From: Octopus vulgaris | Taxonomy: Eukaryota | DNA: 64,000 nucleotides | Direction: 5' to 3' | Assembly: GCA_951406725.2 (NCBI GenBank) | Contig: OX597831.1 | Location: forward strand, 35,464,001 to 35,528,000 | Shown here: piece by piece, positions 13,251-27,034 of the stretch | Layout of the letters: each line of letters starts with the position of its first letter | How positions within the stretch are numbered: position 1 is the stretch's first letter | Position numbers and translations under genes: made by a program | Notes under the pieces: generated by a model | Seen by the model: only the letters and a program-made list of their open reading frames with translations | Database searches by the model: none | Told to the model about the DNA's origin: nothing

Positions 13251-14132
13251 TGGGTGTGAAGGGTAAATTGTTGACATTTTGACATTTTATAATTTTAATT
13301 TCGCGCATGCGCATTGTTTGTTTTGGATTTTTTTGGCTACACATAATAGCAGGGTCAGTTGGGCACTGTCTATGAGAAAAAAGCACCATGATGCAATTCA
13401 CTTTCCCAGAAATTTGGAAATGACATGCTGTACTGCTTGATATTCACACTGGAAGCTCTAATACAAATATATTTCAGAGTATTTGGCTATCAATCTGAGG
13501 ACATGTACTGAGAGTGATAAAAATCAAACATCCAGTCAATGCCATGGTGTTTGGAGTAATCACTAGTGATGATGACATTATGCTTCCATTCATCTTTTAA
13601 CATGGCCTCACACTCAACATGGAAGTCTACATCAAGTGCCCGGAGGTGGTAGTGTTGTCCTGAGTCAAGTGGGTGGCTGCTGGAAGACCCTGTGTCTGAC
13701 AACAGGACTCTGCACCATACCACACAAGCAGGAGAACCCAGTCATAGCTGTCAGACAATTTCTGCAACCACATCACCCCTAATATCTGGCCACCTAACTC
13801 CCCAGACTGCAACCCCCTAGATTATTATGTGTAGAGCACAGTTGAATGAGATACAAACAAAACTCCTTATAACACCGAAGATGAACTGAAGGTAAGGATT
13901 ATGGCAGCATTGACCAACTTAAACAAGGAGACTGTCCAAAAGAGTTGCAGAAGAGTCTGAAATTATCTGGAGGCCGTGGTTGAAGCCAATGGCAATTTTA
14001 TTGAATAAATTTACTCTTTAATACTTCAAGATATTTTTAGGCAATTTTGGCAAATATATCTGCTAAGATGAGATGTCAGTGTTATTTTCATTTTTGTGTA
14101 ATTTAGACGACAGTTTATTCACCGCAACCCTG
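13250..14132 (+). mobile_element. Internally deleted maT (DD37D) Tc1/mariner transposon
   Basis: TA-flanked imperfect TIRs (CTGGGTGTG.../...GCAACCCTG). The decayed transposase QQDSAPYHTSRRTQS*LSDNFCNHITPNIWPPNSPDCNPLDYYV has 37 residues between the last two catalytic D. Confidence 0.87.
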
Positions 14133-14136
14133 TATA

Positions 14137-14217
<81 letters not shown>

Positions 14218-16322
14218 GTATTTATATATATACGTAAGAGAACCATCCGAATGTGGCTGTTGCCAGCGCCGCCCCGACTGGCCTCGTGCTGGTGGCACAT
14301 AAAAAGCACCATCTGTTCGTGGCCATTGCCAGCCTCACCTGGCCCCCGTGCCAGTGGTATGTAAAAAGCACCATCCGATCGTGGCCGTTTGCCAGCCTCG
14401 TCTGGCACCTGTGCCGGTGGCATGTAAAAAGCACCCACTACACTCACGGAGTGGTTGGCGTTAGGAAGGGCATCCAGCCATAGAAACATTGCCAGATCAG
14501 ACTGGGCCTGGTGCAGCCTTCTTCCTTCCCACACCCCAGTTGAACCGTCCAACCCATGCTAGCATGGAAAGCGGACGCTAAACGATGATGATGATGATGA
14601 TATATATATATATATATATACACATATATATATGTGAGCAATGATTATAATGAGATAAAATATGGATCCTTGTTCATCTTCAAAATTTATGAGTGACAAC
14701 TAATAGTAGTCATAGATGTTAAATGCTAATCAATGCGGTTAACTGTAACCTGGAACAGATACTATATCCCTCCAAACTCATGCACATGCATGCACACACA
14801 CACACACACACACAGATATGGAGAGAGGGAGAGTGTGTGCATGTGTTTATTGAGTTATCCATCCATCCATCCATACATATATACATAGACACACACGTAT
14901 ACTATATCTATATCTATATATATATACATATACATATATACGATGGGCTTCTTTTCAGTTTGGTCGGCCCAAGGCTATAGTAGAAAACACTTGCCCAAAG
15001 TGTCACGCAGTGGGACCAAACCTGGAACCATGTGGTTGGTAAGCAAGCTACTTACCACACACCCACTCCTGCGCCTATATATATATGTATGTATGTATGT
15101 ATGTATCTATCTATGTATCTATCTTTCTATCAATCTATCTATGCACACACACACACACACATATAAACTAGCAATCTGCCAGTTACAACAACGAAGATTC
15201 CAATTAATCTGGTCAATGGAACAAGCTGCTCATGAAATTAACATGCAAGTGACTGAGAATTCCACAGATACACAAACCCTTAGTATAGTTGGACGGTTTG
15301 ACCAGGGCTGGTAAGCTGGAAGGCTGTATTAGACACCAGTATGATTTGGCATGGTTTCAACAGCTGGACGGTCTTCCTAACGCCAACTACTCCAAGAGTG
15401 TAATGGATGCTTTTATGTGCCACCAGCATGAGTGCCATTTCCATGACACCAGTATCCGCCACAACTGTGGTTTTATTTGGCTTGATGGCTCTTCTTAAGC
15501 ACAACATAATGCCAAAGCTCTTGGTCATTCGTCATTGCTTCCCTGAGGCCCAACACTCAAAAGGTGCTTTTTATGTGCCACCAGTACAGGTGCTGGTTAC
15601 ATGACACCAGCATTGGCCATGACTGTGATTTCACTTGTCTTGACAAGTCTTCTTGGGCACAGCATATCGCCAAAGCTCCTGGTCACCTGTCATTGCTTTG
15701 TCTGTGTGCATATGTGTATATGTATGTAAATATGTAATTGTATATGTGAGCATGTGTGTATGTGTGTGTGTATGTGTGTGTGTGTGCATGTGTATGTGTG
15801 CATGTAGATATGTTAGTATACTTACTTGCGTATATTACAGGTATTTACACACTTGATATGTGTGTATGTGTGTGTGTGTGTGTGTTTGTGTGTTTATAAA
15901 TATGTGTGTATGTATACTAGCCTAACAGTCTACAGGAATGATACCTCATAAGGATATCATGCTTGGATCTCTGAAACCTGTTAGCTGTAGGTGCAGACTT
16001 ACTCTGTTAAGAAATGCAATTAAAAGCTAAGTCCTTAACTTTTTAAATAGAATTTTTGTTGTAATAGTCAACACTGAAACTTCATTGCAAATACATTAGG
16101 AATAATAAAGTGTTACTATTCAGAGAACACATGCTCTGAAGATTTGACAATGCAATCAGCTTATGTGATCATCCTTTCATAACTGATACTTTTCATTGTT
16201 AATGAAATGCGTATAAGATGCATGGGTTAGACTGTTCGACTAGAACTGGTTCCAGTCTAATTTGGCATGGTTTCTGCATGGATGTCCTTCCTGACACCAA
16301 CCATTCCAAGAGTATAGTGGGT

Positions 16323-16372
<50 letters not shown>

Positions 16373-16546
16373 ACCAACTGCACTCTCGGAGTGGTTGGCA
16401 TTAGGAAGGGCATCCAGCTGTAGAAACTAAGTCAAAATTAGACTGAGACTGGTACACCTCTCTGACTTACCAGTTCCAGTCAAACCATCTAACCCATGCC
16501 AGCATGGAAAATGAACTACAAATGATGATGATGATAATGATGATGT

Positions 16547-16577
<31 letters not shown>

Positions 16578-17024
16578 AAATATGATGATGAAGAAGAACG
16601 TAAAAGAATAAGGATTTGGACCCTATCAGCACTCAGATATAATCCAAATCTGACTAACCACATTGAATGATAGGAAACATATAGAATTCTTCAAAATAAA
16701 CAAATGCATGGTACTTCACTTGAGAGGTAAATCCTGACTTTGCTTTATTAGATTCCATACAGTTTCCATAGTATATATAATTAAGACATCATAATGAAGA
16801 GTGGAGAATTATACATCTTCAGAATTTGTTTATTACAATATTATTGTCATTAAATTCACATTAAATCAAGTTTGATTCTTTGGACTCTTATTGTTTGCCA
16901 AACAGGTGTACATTATTATGGTAGAGTCAGTTTAATATGAATTTAATGAGAATATTACTATAATAGACAAATCTTGAGGATGTATAATTAGCTATTCTTC
17001 TTTGTGATGTGTGTGTGTGTATAC

Positions 17025-17088
<64 letters not shown>

Positions 17089-17377
17089 CTTAATCATATC
17101 GAAGGGAAATAGAAATTAATAGAAATTTTCACTTCCAATGGCCTAGCGTGTAAAAATTTAGTCCAAAGACTGTATATATATATATATATATACATACATA
17201 TGCACACACACACACAGTGGGTTTCCAAACAGTTTCCATCTACTATGTTCCACTCACAAATTATTGGTTGATCTGAAGCTGCAGAAGACACTTCTTTAAA
17301 GTTCTGTGCCTTAGGATTGGACCCTGTACCACAAGGTTGTGAAGCATGCCACATGGCCATATATGCGTGCATGCAAG

Positions 17378-17424
<47 letters not shown>

Positions 17425-17584
17425 GCACATACACAGATAGGTAGATTGACAAATAGATAGATATATAGATAGATAAATAGATAGATAGACAGATAGTTTG
17501 GCAGATAGAAAGATAGTCAGATAGATAAATAGATAGATAGATAGATAAATAGATAGGCAGATAAATAGATAGATAGACAGATAG

Positions 17585-17615
<31 letters not shown>

Positions 17616-18022
17616 AAGAGAGATTTTGACAGCTAGAAAGATAGACAGATCGAGAGCTAGATAGATAAATAGAAAATCTTCAGATTTTTCGATATGCTAG
17701 GCCACTGGTTTTAAATTGATATTAATCAAAATAATATTTTTTCACCCTTATTATTTAAATTTAGATAAATAGATAGATAGATAGATTGATAGTTCAACAG
17801 ATAGAAACATAGAGAGACAGAGAGTGCAAGAGATAGAAAGATAGACAAAAAGAGAGATAGATAGATAGATAGATACATACATACATACATGCATACATAC
17901 ACACATACGTACATAGTTAGACAGACACGAGAGTATAACGTTAGCAGCAATGAACCAGTTTTAGTGTGTCCCGTATAGTAAAATCTGTAGTAGTTGCTGT
18001 AGAAGCAGCAACAACTGCAAAT

Positions 18023-18053
<31 letters not shown>

Positions 18054-19091
18054 CAGTAGTAGTAGTAGTAATAGTAGTTGCTGCTGTTGTTGTTGTTGTT
18101 GCAACTTAATTACATTAGAAAACACTTTTATTTAGCTGAAACTACATCAGACTCTCGAAATTGTATTTTCCGAACAGAAATTGAGTGATTAATAAAATTT
18201 GGACTGTGTTAATTTTGTTCTTGAACAAGGAAATTGCATCATTTACCAGCAAACAACAAGGATAAAATATGTAAAAAAAAAAAAAAATTTTAAAAAAACC
18301 CATGACAACAGTGAAAAACAAACAAGCAAAAAAGAAACACCACAAGAAAACAACAAACAAAAATGAAAAAGACAACAAAAACAAGGTGACGTCCACAACA
18401 ATAACATCAGCAATGCAACAAGATCAGTGATATCAGGAAAAATAATCTTCTGCTTAACAAACCAAATAATGTCAGTAATATAAATAATAGTGAGAACAAT
18501 AAAAAATAAGGTGTCAAAGAGAGAACCTCTAAGTGGTTGCACAGTGTACTAGAAATAACAGCTAAGTTTCCCTCAAATCATACCTTAGCATCTTTGATAC
18601 GGATTTGTTAGGTAATGCATACACAAACACACGAGGTAGTTTTGGTGAAGCATTGTGAGGTATAACTTTAAAGAATATAGTTGTATAAAGCCGGTACAAT
18701 GTGAAATGGTACAAAGTAAACTACAAAAAGAAAAAAAATAAACAGATCAAAGCTGCAGTTTTTTACTTTGTATTTCTATACTTCGGGTTGAAGGTCTCTT
18801 CTTCAAGACATTTGGGATAGTAGTTGGAAAAGGTCATTGCTTAGATATATGTATATATAAGTGACATTTTTTTCATGATTTTTGTTAGTTTTAAATGCAA
18901 TTAATGAGCTGATAATAAATAGAATGATGTTAAGAAAAATGAGAAAAAGAGAGAAGAAAAAGAAATACATAAGTATAAAAGATAAAAATTCTTATAATTT
19001 ATAACATCAATATAATATGTGTGAGTATGTGTATCTGTCTGTCTGCCTGTCTCTGTTTCTCTCTCTATACATATATATATATATATATATA

Positions 19092-19280
19092 GGGAAAGTT
19101 TACAAAAAAAACAAAAGACGAAGACAGGTGGTGTACAAAACAAACAGATGTATTAGTATAACGCTCAGGAACAGAAAATGTCTTTTACGTTTCGAGCCTA
19201 TGCTCTTCTACAGAAAGGTACACAGAAAAAACAAGTAGAGAAAAAAAATGTGTGTAGTGGCTAATGATCTATCATGGCGA
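19092..19280 (-). mobile_element. Penelope-like pseudo-LTR fragment with minimal hammerhead motif (19182-19217)
   Basis: Minus strand CUUU CUGUAGA A GAGC-auag-GCUC GAAA CG UA AAAG, (TA)n flanks. Homologous to 32017-32175. Confidence 0.65.
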
Positions 19281-19316
19281 TATATATGTATATATATATG
19301 TATATGTATATATATA

Positions 19317-19637
19317 GGAAATTTAGATATATACATTATGAGTCGAGACAAATATCGTCAGCTGACCGGTGTCTGCTACTCTAGGGCGACGAAGGACAAT
19401 CATCCTGAAACACGTGTCCCTAGATGCAGCCCGGGCGGCTGGGGGTATTTGTCTCCCCTTCGTAAATGTATATAAGGACACAGGAAAAATGTGTCAAAGC
19501 CATCAGGAGGCGTCGATGGGCTAAACAGCGGTGGTGAACACCCCTACTGTCACGTTCGTGTTAGATTGACAGTATACAACCATTCTATCGCCCCACCACC
19601 GTACATGTCTCTATGAGAGATTTAGAAATTTAGTATT

Positions 19638-19642
<5 letters not shown>
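19317..19642 (+). ncRNA. Structured hammerhead-containing element (retrozyme-like), copy 1
   Basis: UCUAGG GCGACGA AGGA-caauca-UCCU GAAA CACGUG UC CCUAGA at the tip of a long stem (19345-19455), followed by several hairpins. Sits in (TA)n. Confidence 0.65.
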
Positions 19643-19672
<30 letters not shown>

Positions 19673-19698
19673 TCGTACATGTCTCTATATATATATAT

Positions 19699-19914
19699 CC
19701 GAAATACTACGCTACATTGACAAAGGGCAAATACCCTGAAACACGTCTGTAGCTGTCTGACTGGCAGTGTGAAGCGGCTGACCTTCCTTGTTCGAAGGTT
19801 ATAATGGACACAGTTTGTGTGTCAAATAGCTATCTTAAGGCGATGGCCTCATGGAGCTAATTAGCGACAGCTTTTAGTCTTATATCTATAAGACTGCCAT
19901 ATTAATATGGCGAT

Positions 19915-19920
<6 letters not shown>
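19699..19920 (+). ncRNA. Structured hammerhead-containing element (retrozyme-like), copy 2
   Basis: GCUACA UUGACAA AGGG-caaaua-CCCU GAAA CACG UC UGUAGC (19711-19753), then the GGACACA/TGTGTC hairpin module. (TA)n flanks. Confidence 0.65.
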
Positions 19921-19983
<63 letters not shown>

Positions 19984-20051
19984 CCTTTTTACCAGGCGGG
20001 GTATAGAGTTTCACTATACAACAATTTCCCTGTCCCTTTCCACAGTATGTT

Positions 20052-20490
20052 ACTCTTTTATTCTTTTACTTGTTTCAGTCATTTGACTGTGGCCATGCTG
20101 GAGCACCACCTTTAGTCGAGCAAATCGACCCCAGGACTTATTCTTTGTAAGCTTAGTACTTATTCTAGCGGTCTCTTTTGCTGAATCACTAGGTTACAGG
20201 TTCATAAACACACCAGCATCTATTGTCAAGCGACGTTGGGGCGACAAACACAGACACACAAACATATACACACACATACATATACATATATATGTATATC
20301 TATATATATATATATATATATATACAATGGGCTTCTTTCAGTTTCCATCTACCAAATCCACTCACAAGGGTTTGCTTTGCCCAAGGCTATAGTTGAAGAC
20401 ATTTGCCCAGGGTGCCATGCAGTGGGACTGAACCCGGAACCATGTGGTTCGTAAGCAAGCTACTTACAACACAGTCACTCCTACGCCTAT
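20052..20490 (-). mobile_element. tRNA-derived SINE family B (CORE-like GGCACCTTGGGCAAGTGTCTT, internal microsatellite, GTAAAAGA tail)
   Basis: Near full-length copy. Others at 29422-29824 (-) and 48650-49075 (-). Confidence 0.85.
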
Positions 20491-21082
20491 GATATTTATA
20501 TTTCATATTTATTGATGTGAAATTAGATAATTAGAAATCAACATTTTCCAATATTGAGATGGCAAGCTGGTAGAATTATTATGGTGCCAGTAAAATTGCT
20601 TAGCAGCATTCCAACTGACTGTATGTTCTGCATTCAAATGCCACTGGAATCGACTTTACCTTTCATTCTTTTGAAATCGATAAAATAAATACCAGTTGAA
20701 CACTGGGGTCGATATAATCAACTTATCCTCTCCTTTGACATTGCTGGTCTTGTGCCAAAGTTTGAAACCAATATTTACCAATACATTCTTTGAATTCTTG
20801 GAGCAGGAATCCTTGGAGTGTGGTTGAGAAGTTCACTGCTAAACCACTTGGTATTATGTTTGGTCCCACTGCATGGCACCTTGGGCAAGTGTCTTGTTCT
20901 CTTGACTGAGGCCAACTAAAATCTTGTGAGTGGAATTGGTTGAGGGAAACTGAAATAAGCCCATCGTAAATGTGCATGTATATGTATTTGTGTGTGCGTG
21001 GTAGGGTTCATGTTTGAATGTGTGTGTGTGTGTGTGTTTGTGTGTGTGTATGTTGTGTGTGTGTGTGTGTGTGTTGGTGTCT

Positions 21083-22177
21083 AATCATCATCATCCTCAT
21101 CACCACCATCACCACCTTCGTTATCATGATCATGATCATGATGATCACCATCATCACTGCTGCCAGTACCACTGCCCTCACCACCACCACCACCACCATG
21201 ACTACTACGATGATGACCATGACCACAACCCCGACCATGATGACCACAATGATGACCACCACCACCAACACCACCGTTATCATGATCACTAGCCATCACT
21301 CTCATCCTTGTTGCTCTCTTCACAATCATTAGCATCACCGTCATGGTTATCATTAATAGCATCCACTTCCTTCTCCTGCTTCTCCTACCGCTCATCACTG
21401 CCACCACACTGCCATCGTCATCATCATTGTTGTCATCACTACAACAACCATTGTCATCTTAATCAACGATGACCACAACACCAACAGTTAAACTGTAAAT
21501 GCAAAATAAAACAGCTCCAATGTAATTTTTAGAAAATTAAAAACTTAAAATACGAGGAAAAAAAAGCAAGCAGATATTTTATGCAATCATTATAACAGTG
21601 ACAAAAAAAAAACAGAACAAAACAAAACAATTTAAACAGAAAAATAGCAAAAACAATTATCAAAAATAACAAAAATATCCAACATAATCAGACCCTCACA
21701 ACAGCAAAAAAAAAAAAACAATAAAAAAAAACAACAAAGCTAAAAAAAAACAATACATTGAAGTACATACATAGAACAATAACAACAACAAAACTGCATT
21801 TCGCAGAATTATCATTGTCATCATCATTGCCATCATTGTCATTGTCGTCGTCATCGTCATCATCTTTGTTGTCATCATCATCAGTGTCATCATCATTACC
21901 ATTGTCATCATCATAGCCAGCCCCATGACGATGATCATCATCGTCGTCATCATCGTCATCATCATCATGTCATTTATCATCATCGTCATCATCATTGTCA
22001 TAGTCATCATAACCATCCTCATCATCATCATTGTCATCATCACTATCATCATGATCATCATCTCCATCATCATCATCTTCATCACCATCATCATAATCAT
22101 TATCACCGACATCACCATCATTGACATCATCATCATTATCATCATTAGCATTGTCTTCTTCATTATCATCATCTTTG

Positions 22178-22217
<40 letters not shown>

Positions 22218-22639
22218 GACATTGAAAAAGCAGCCTGGGAAAAAACTGATAAAAATTCTCAAATTTGGTTGTTGTGGTTGAGGGGCTGGTATGGTGGTAC
22301 AGAAAAAAAATATCTCTCTCCACAAAAAAAAAAGACAAAATGAGATGATTTATAAATGTTTGTTAATGGATCATTTCCTTTCAAGAAGAAAAAAAAAGGA
22401 AAAGAATCTATTTCCCTGGCTTTGTGCAGCAGGTCTAATAATCTGCCACCCATTCCCTCCTCTTCCTTCCTGGTCAACTCCACCATCTATCCACCCCACA
22501 ATACTCTCAATTCCACCACAGCAGCATGTGAGGTGTCATCGTTTAATGTGCAAGGCATAAACTCTAAAAACGGTATCGGAAATATTTCCTCGTGAAAGTG
22601 ATTTATCGATTCCTGCTCGTCCCCTCTCTCACCCTCTCA

Positions 22640-22672
<33 letters not shown>

Positions 22673-23945
22673 TCTCTCATTAAATACGGCTAAAGGTCGG
22701 CCATCTTGTTCGCCACCGTTGACAACTTTCGGTGGAAAACTCGGGAGTCTTGACTTGAAACTTCGACATGTGTTGTAACATGTGATCGCAGTCACTGACA
22801 ATTAGAATTGATTTACAGGTGCTTGCCGTACGCAGGTGGTGGTGGCGGCGGCGGCAGCGGTGGTTATAGTAGGTGTGATGGTGGTGGTCCTGGTCTTGGT
22901 TGTGGTGATGCTGGCGGTTGAGGATGGTTGGGGATTGGGGAAAGGATGGTCATGTTGCTGATTATTGTGGTGGTGCTGGTGGTGGCCATGATGATGGTCA
23001 TTGATGATGGCAATGGTGGTGGTGGTGATGGTGGTGATAATGGCGATGGCTTTGGAGGTATTTCTTATGGTGATGCTTGTGGTGGTGATGGCAGTTGATG
23101 GTAATAGGTTTGTGATGATGATGATGGTGGTCATGATAATAATGGTTGGTGGTTGTGGAAGTGATGGTCATGTTGGCAATAGTAGTGATGATGATGGTGT
23201 TGGTTGTAATGATGGTGATGGTGGCAATGGTAGATGTGGAAGTTATGGTTGTGGTCACGATGTATATCATAGTAGAGCTTTTGATGGTGGCAAGAGTGGT
23301 AGTGGTGGTGGTTGTGACAATGCTAAACTTTGATGGTGGTAGTGGTGTTGGTTATGTTGGTTGGTAGATGGTGGCAATGTTTTGGTGGTGATAACTGCGT
23401 GATGCTGTACAGAGGTGGTGGAGTTGTGGTTCAATAGTTGCAGTTGTCCTTGATGTAGTTGTTGTTGGTGATGGTGGTGATAGACAATAAGTTGGTGGTA
23501 ATTGTAGTTGTGGTGGTGATGGTGGTGGTGATGGAGTTGTACTGATTGTGATGGTGGCTGTAGTGGTATTGTGATGCTGGTGATAGTAATGTTTATATTA
23601 GTATTGTAGTTATGGTGATGTTGTTTATAATGGTGGTGGTAGTGGTAGGGTTGACTACAATGGTGGTGGTGGTAGCGTCAGTGATTTTCATTGTAGATGG
23701 TGATGACGATGATGGTGATGTTACTGATTATTGACCGTGATAGTTATGACTGGTAGTACAGATTGTTGTTGTTTTGATGGTGGTGATGTTGGTTGTGGTG
23801 GTCGTGGTTGTGGTTATTGTAGTTGGTGGTTGATTGTAGTTGTGGTTATTGTGGTTAGTAGTTATAATGTTGCTGGTGAGGGTAGTTGTTCTAGTAGAGG
23901 TTATTGTGATGTCTGTGGCAGTTGTGATGGTAATGGATATAGGGG
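21083..23945. repeat. (CAT/CAC)n and (GTG/GAT)n low-complexity blocks flanking a unique island
   Basis: Direct inspection. Confidence 0.9.
22520..22835. promoter_or_regulatory. Candidate intronic cis-regulatory element
   Basis: CpG-retaining sequence with TGATTTAT (22599), TGATTTAC (22809), TGACA/TGTCA (22796, 22534) and GCCATCTT (22700). Confidence 0.35.
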
Positions 23946-24325
23946 TTGGTAAACACATCCATTTTGGATCAGTTATCCTATCCAAAATGGACAACATAAT
24001 TACCAACATCTCATACTGGAGCACTTGAAGAGTTGTGAATTTTTTTCCACGTCAAAATTTGATACATATAAAAAATGTTACACTTCTCTGATGGCTTGAC
24101 AATACATCTTGATTATGTAATTTGCTTTATGTTACCAATAATGACCTTACGCTAATGAAACCTACGTAAGACTGTGAAACAAAATATCTTATAAACAATT
24201 TCTCATGTTATGTTTTACTTATAAATATACATACATATTTATATGAGTGTGTGCATGTGTGTATGTATGTGTGTGTGTGTGAATATATATATACACATAC
24301 AATTTATTATTATATAATTTCTTAG

Positions 24326-24452
24326 GGAAAAGGCATTGAAGAAGTTTAATGAAGAGCACCCAGCCATTCTTGACCCTCACAGTGTTGCTCCTCTTGATCG
24401 GTCGAGAATCAGAAAGAACAAATCTGAAAAGTCTGTGGAGAAAGCCCCTAAA
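24326..24452 (+). CDS. CFAP221: CFAP221 exon C (EKALKKFNEEHPAILDPHSVAPLDRSRIRKNKSEKSVEKAPK)
   Basis: tttcttag acceptor, AAA|gtaagt donor. The 127 nt complete the split ATG and exit in phase 0 with no stops. Confidence 0.82.
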
Positions 24453-25026
24453 GTAAGTCCTTTCATTTAAGGAAAATTGCTAACAAATCAAAGAAATACA
24501 AACAGAGGTGCAAAACATAGTTTCAGAGCTAAAAAATATTTGCTAATTTGTGACAGAATTTTTTTTTTAATAAAAGCAGACATTCGATGATATATTCCAA
24601 AATACATTCTATCAGCTATAAAAGAAGTTAAGCTCCCCACAGAATTTTTACCACTGTAATGCCTCTGCATGATCAGTGGTGGCCTGGGGGTTAAACAACA
24701 TTGTAAACACTGCCACAATCATCACTGCCACCACAACTACCATCGCCACAATCACAACCACCACCAACCCCTCCACCCCACCACCTCCACTTCTACCCCT
24801 CCACCCCACCCAGCCCTCCACTCCACCCAGCCCTCCACCCCACCCAGCCCTCCATTCCACCCCCCAACCCTCTACACCACCACCAACCACTGCGACGACA
24901 ACAACGACGATGACCACCACCACCACCATCTTTTTAACTCTCTGTCTTTCTATTTGTCTTTCTAATTCTCTCTCTGTCTTTCTGTCTTTCTCTCTAACTC
25001 TCTGTCTCTGTTTGTCCATCTGACTT

Positions 25027-25065
<39 letters not shown>

Positions 25066-25543
25066 ATCTCTTTTATCCAACAGGGCTACCCACATAATCT
25101 CCTCTTCAGCAAGACACCTACCTCTATCCCTCTATTTTTTTTTTTAACTCCTCATCACCTGACACAAAGTAACTTCCCTTAATATTGCTCTTCCTCCCAG
25201 TTGAGGGTTCGTCATTTGGCGAGTTACTTGGTGACCCTACCAGTGCTGGTGCCACATGAAAAGTACCTAATACACTCTGTAAAGTGGTTGGCATTAAGAG
25301 GGGTACCCAGTCATAAAAACCATGCTAAAGCTGACAATAGAGCTTGGTGCAATCTTCTGGCTTACCAGCTCCTGTCAAACCATCCAAACCATGCCAGCTT
25401 GGAAAAGGAATGTTAAATGAAGATGATGATGATGATAATATGCCTAAACAAGAAGCTTTTGTAAGCTTTCGTTTTTTTTTTCTTTTTGCATTTGTTCTAA
25501 AATATTTTCTTCATATTTTCTCTCTTGGAACATTTTATCAAAG

Positions 25544-25655
25544 GAAATAGAATATAATGGCTATCAGTTTCCTGCTCAAATGAATACTGTTCATGCTGTT
25601 TCAAAAGTGCTTAATCAAAAGCCTCATAAGTTGTGCACCAAGGATTTAAAAAACA
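25544..25655 (+). CDS. CFAP221: CFAP221 exon D (EIEYNGYQFPAQMNTVHAVSKVLNQKPHKLCTKDLKN)
   Basis: aag acceptor, A|gtaagg donor. Resembles recalled EIEYQNLRFPVDLSNPFAVATVLNQEPGKLKIKELRE. Confidence 0.9.
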
Positions 25656-26446
25656 GTAAGGAACCTCTATATTAATATATCATTCTTAAATGCTTGTGAC
25701 CTGATATTTTTCTTTGTCTTTCATTTTGCCATATCTGATAAGCCTCAAGCCACAGTTGATCCAGGGATCAAATTTTCATTTGTTCAATAATTGAATCATT
25801 CTTAGATATTTATATAAACTGTAAATGCTTCCTAAACCATAAGAAGTTTTTTTCTTTGCCAGGATTTAACCCCAATTTCATGGCATTAAGAAAGTAAATG
25901 AGAAATGACTCCTTGGGAAAACTGCCAAATGGCCTTCATTTAAGACAGGATTACGGTTGCTATTTCAGGAAGATTTAGCTACTTTATAGAGACATCAGTA
26001 TTTAAGACAAGAGTATGTGATTTTGAGGGAGATTTGATAGCTATTTCAGGAAGATTTAGCTACTGCATTGAGGCGTTAGCATTGAACCATGATCTCTTAA
26101 GTTGCTTTTTTTGTTGTTTAGCTCTAGTTCAACAAAGTCTTTCCAACCATGACCACTTCATTTTCTATGCAGTAAGTAGGACTACATTATCTAATGTGGC
26201 CCTTTCTTATTTAAGACAGAGATAGTAGGGTGTAATTTGAGGGAGATTTGGCTATTGTTTCTAGTGGATAAAATGACTATACTACATGTAGTATCACTTG
26301 TTACTTTGAGTTTCCACCGATGGTTCATAAAACCTCAGATGAACAAGGAATCGAGAATGGGAAGTTACGAGGGTAACATATATACATACATACATACATA
26401 CATACATACATACATACATACATACATACATACATACATACATACA

Positions 26447-26477
<31 letters not shown>

Positions 26478-27034
26478 CATATATATACATATATATACAT
26501 ACCCAATTTATATATATGTGTTGTCAGAGTCATATTTAGAAGGAAAACATGTCTGGAGTTGAGTAGATCCAGATTCATTGAGAGTAAAAATGATAGATAT
26601 AAAAGAATGTAATTGAAATCTGACGGAAATTGAAGCAAATATATTCGTCTCATTTTATTTAATGTCAACATGTTTTCTCATTGATATTATCATCTCCTGA
26701 ATTCATTAGAGATTCACAGAAATCCGATTTGGTGTAGACAGATGCTTCCCTTTCATACTGACCAGATAAATTGGATTTCGCTGTATTAATGTTGAAGAAA
26801 TGACTGAGAAGAAGAACTAACCAGGTAGATCATTGGTGAAGCAAAATTGTTGTGTTTCATAATAACTATTAAAGAAGCATGGCTGTGTGGTAAGATGGTT
26901 GTTTCTCAGCCACATGGTTCTGGGTTCAGTCCTACTGCATGGCACCTTGGGCAAGTGTCTTCCACTATAGCCCTATGCTGACAAAAATGTTGTGTGTGGT
27001 TTTGGTAAACAAAAACAATTATATATCTGTTATA

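Noticed and set aside
18775-18812. Very degenerate hammerhead-like string on the minus strand (UUGAAGA..CCGAAGUAUAG)
   Set aside because: Too many core and stem mismatches to support.
25863-25893. Candidate micro-exon after ttctttgccag
   Set aside because: Its exit phase is incompatible with exon F, and exon E (27815-27861) fits both phase and homology.
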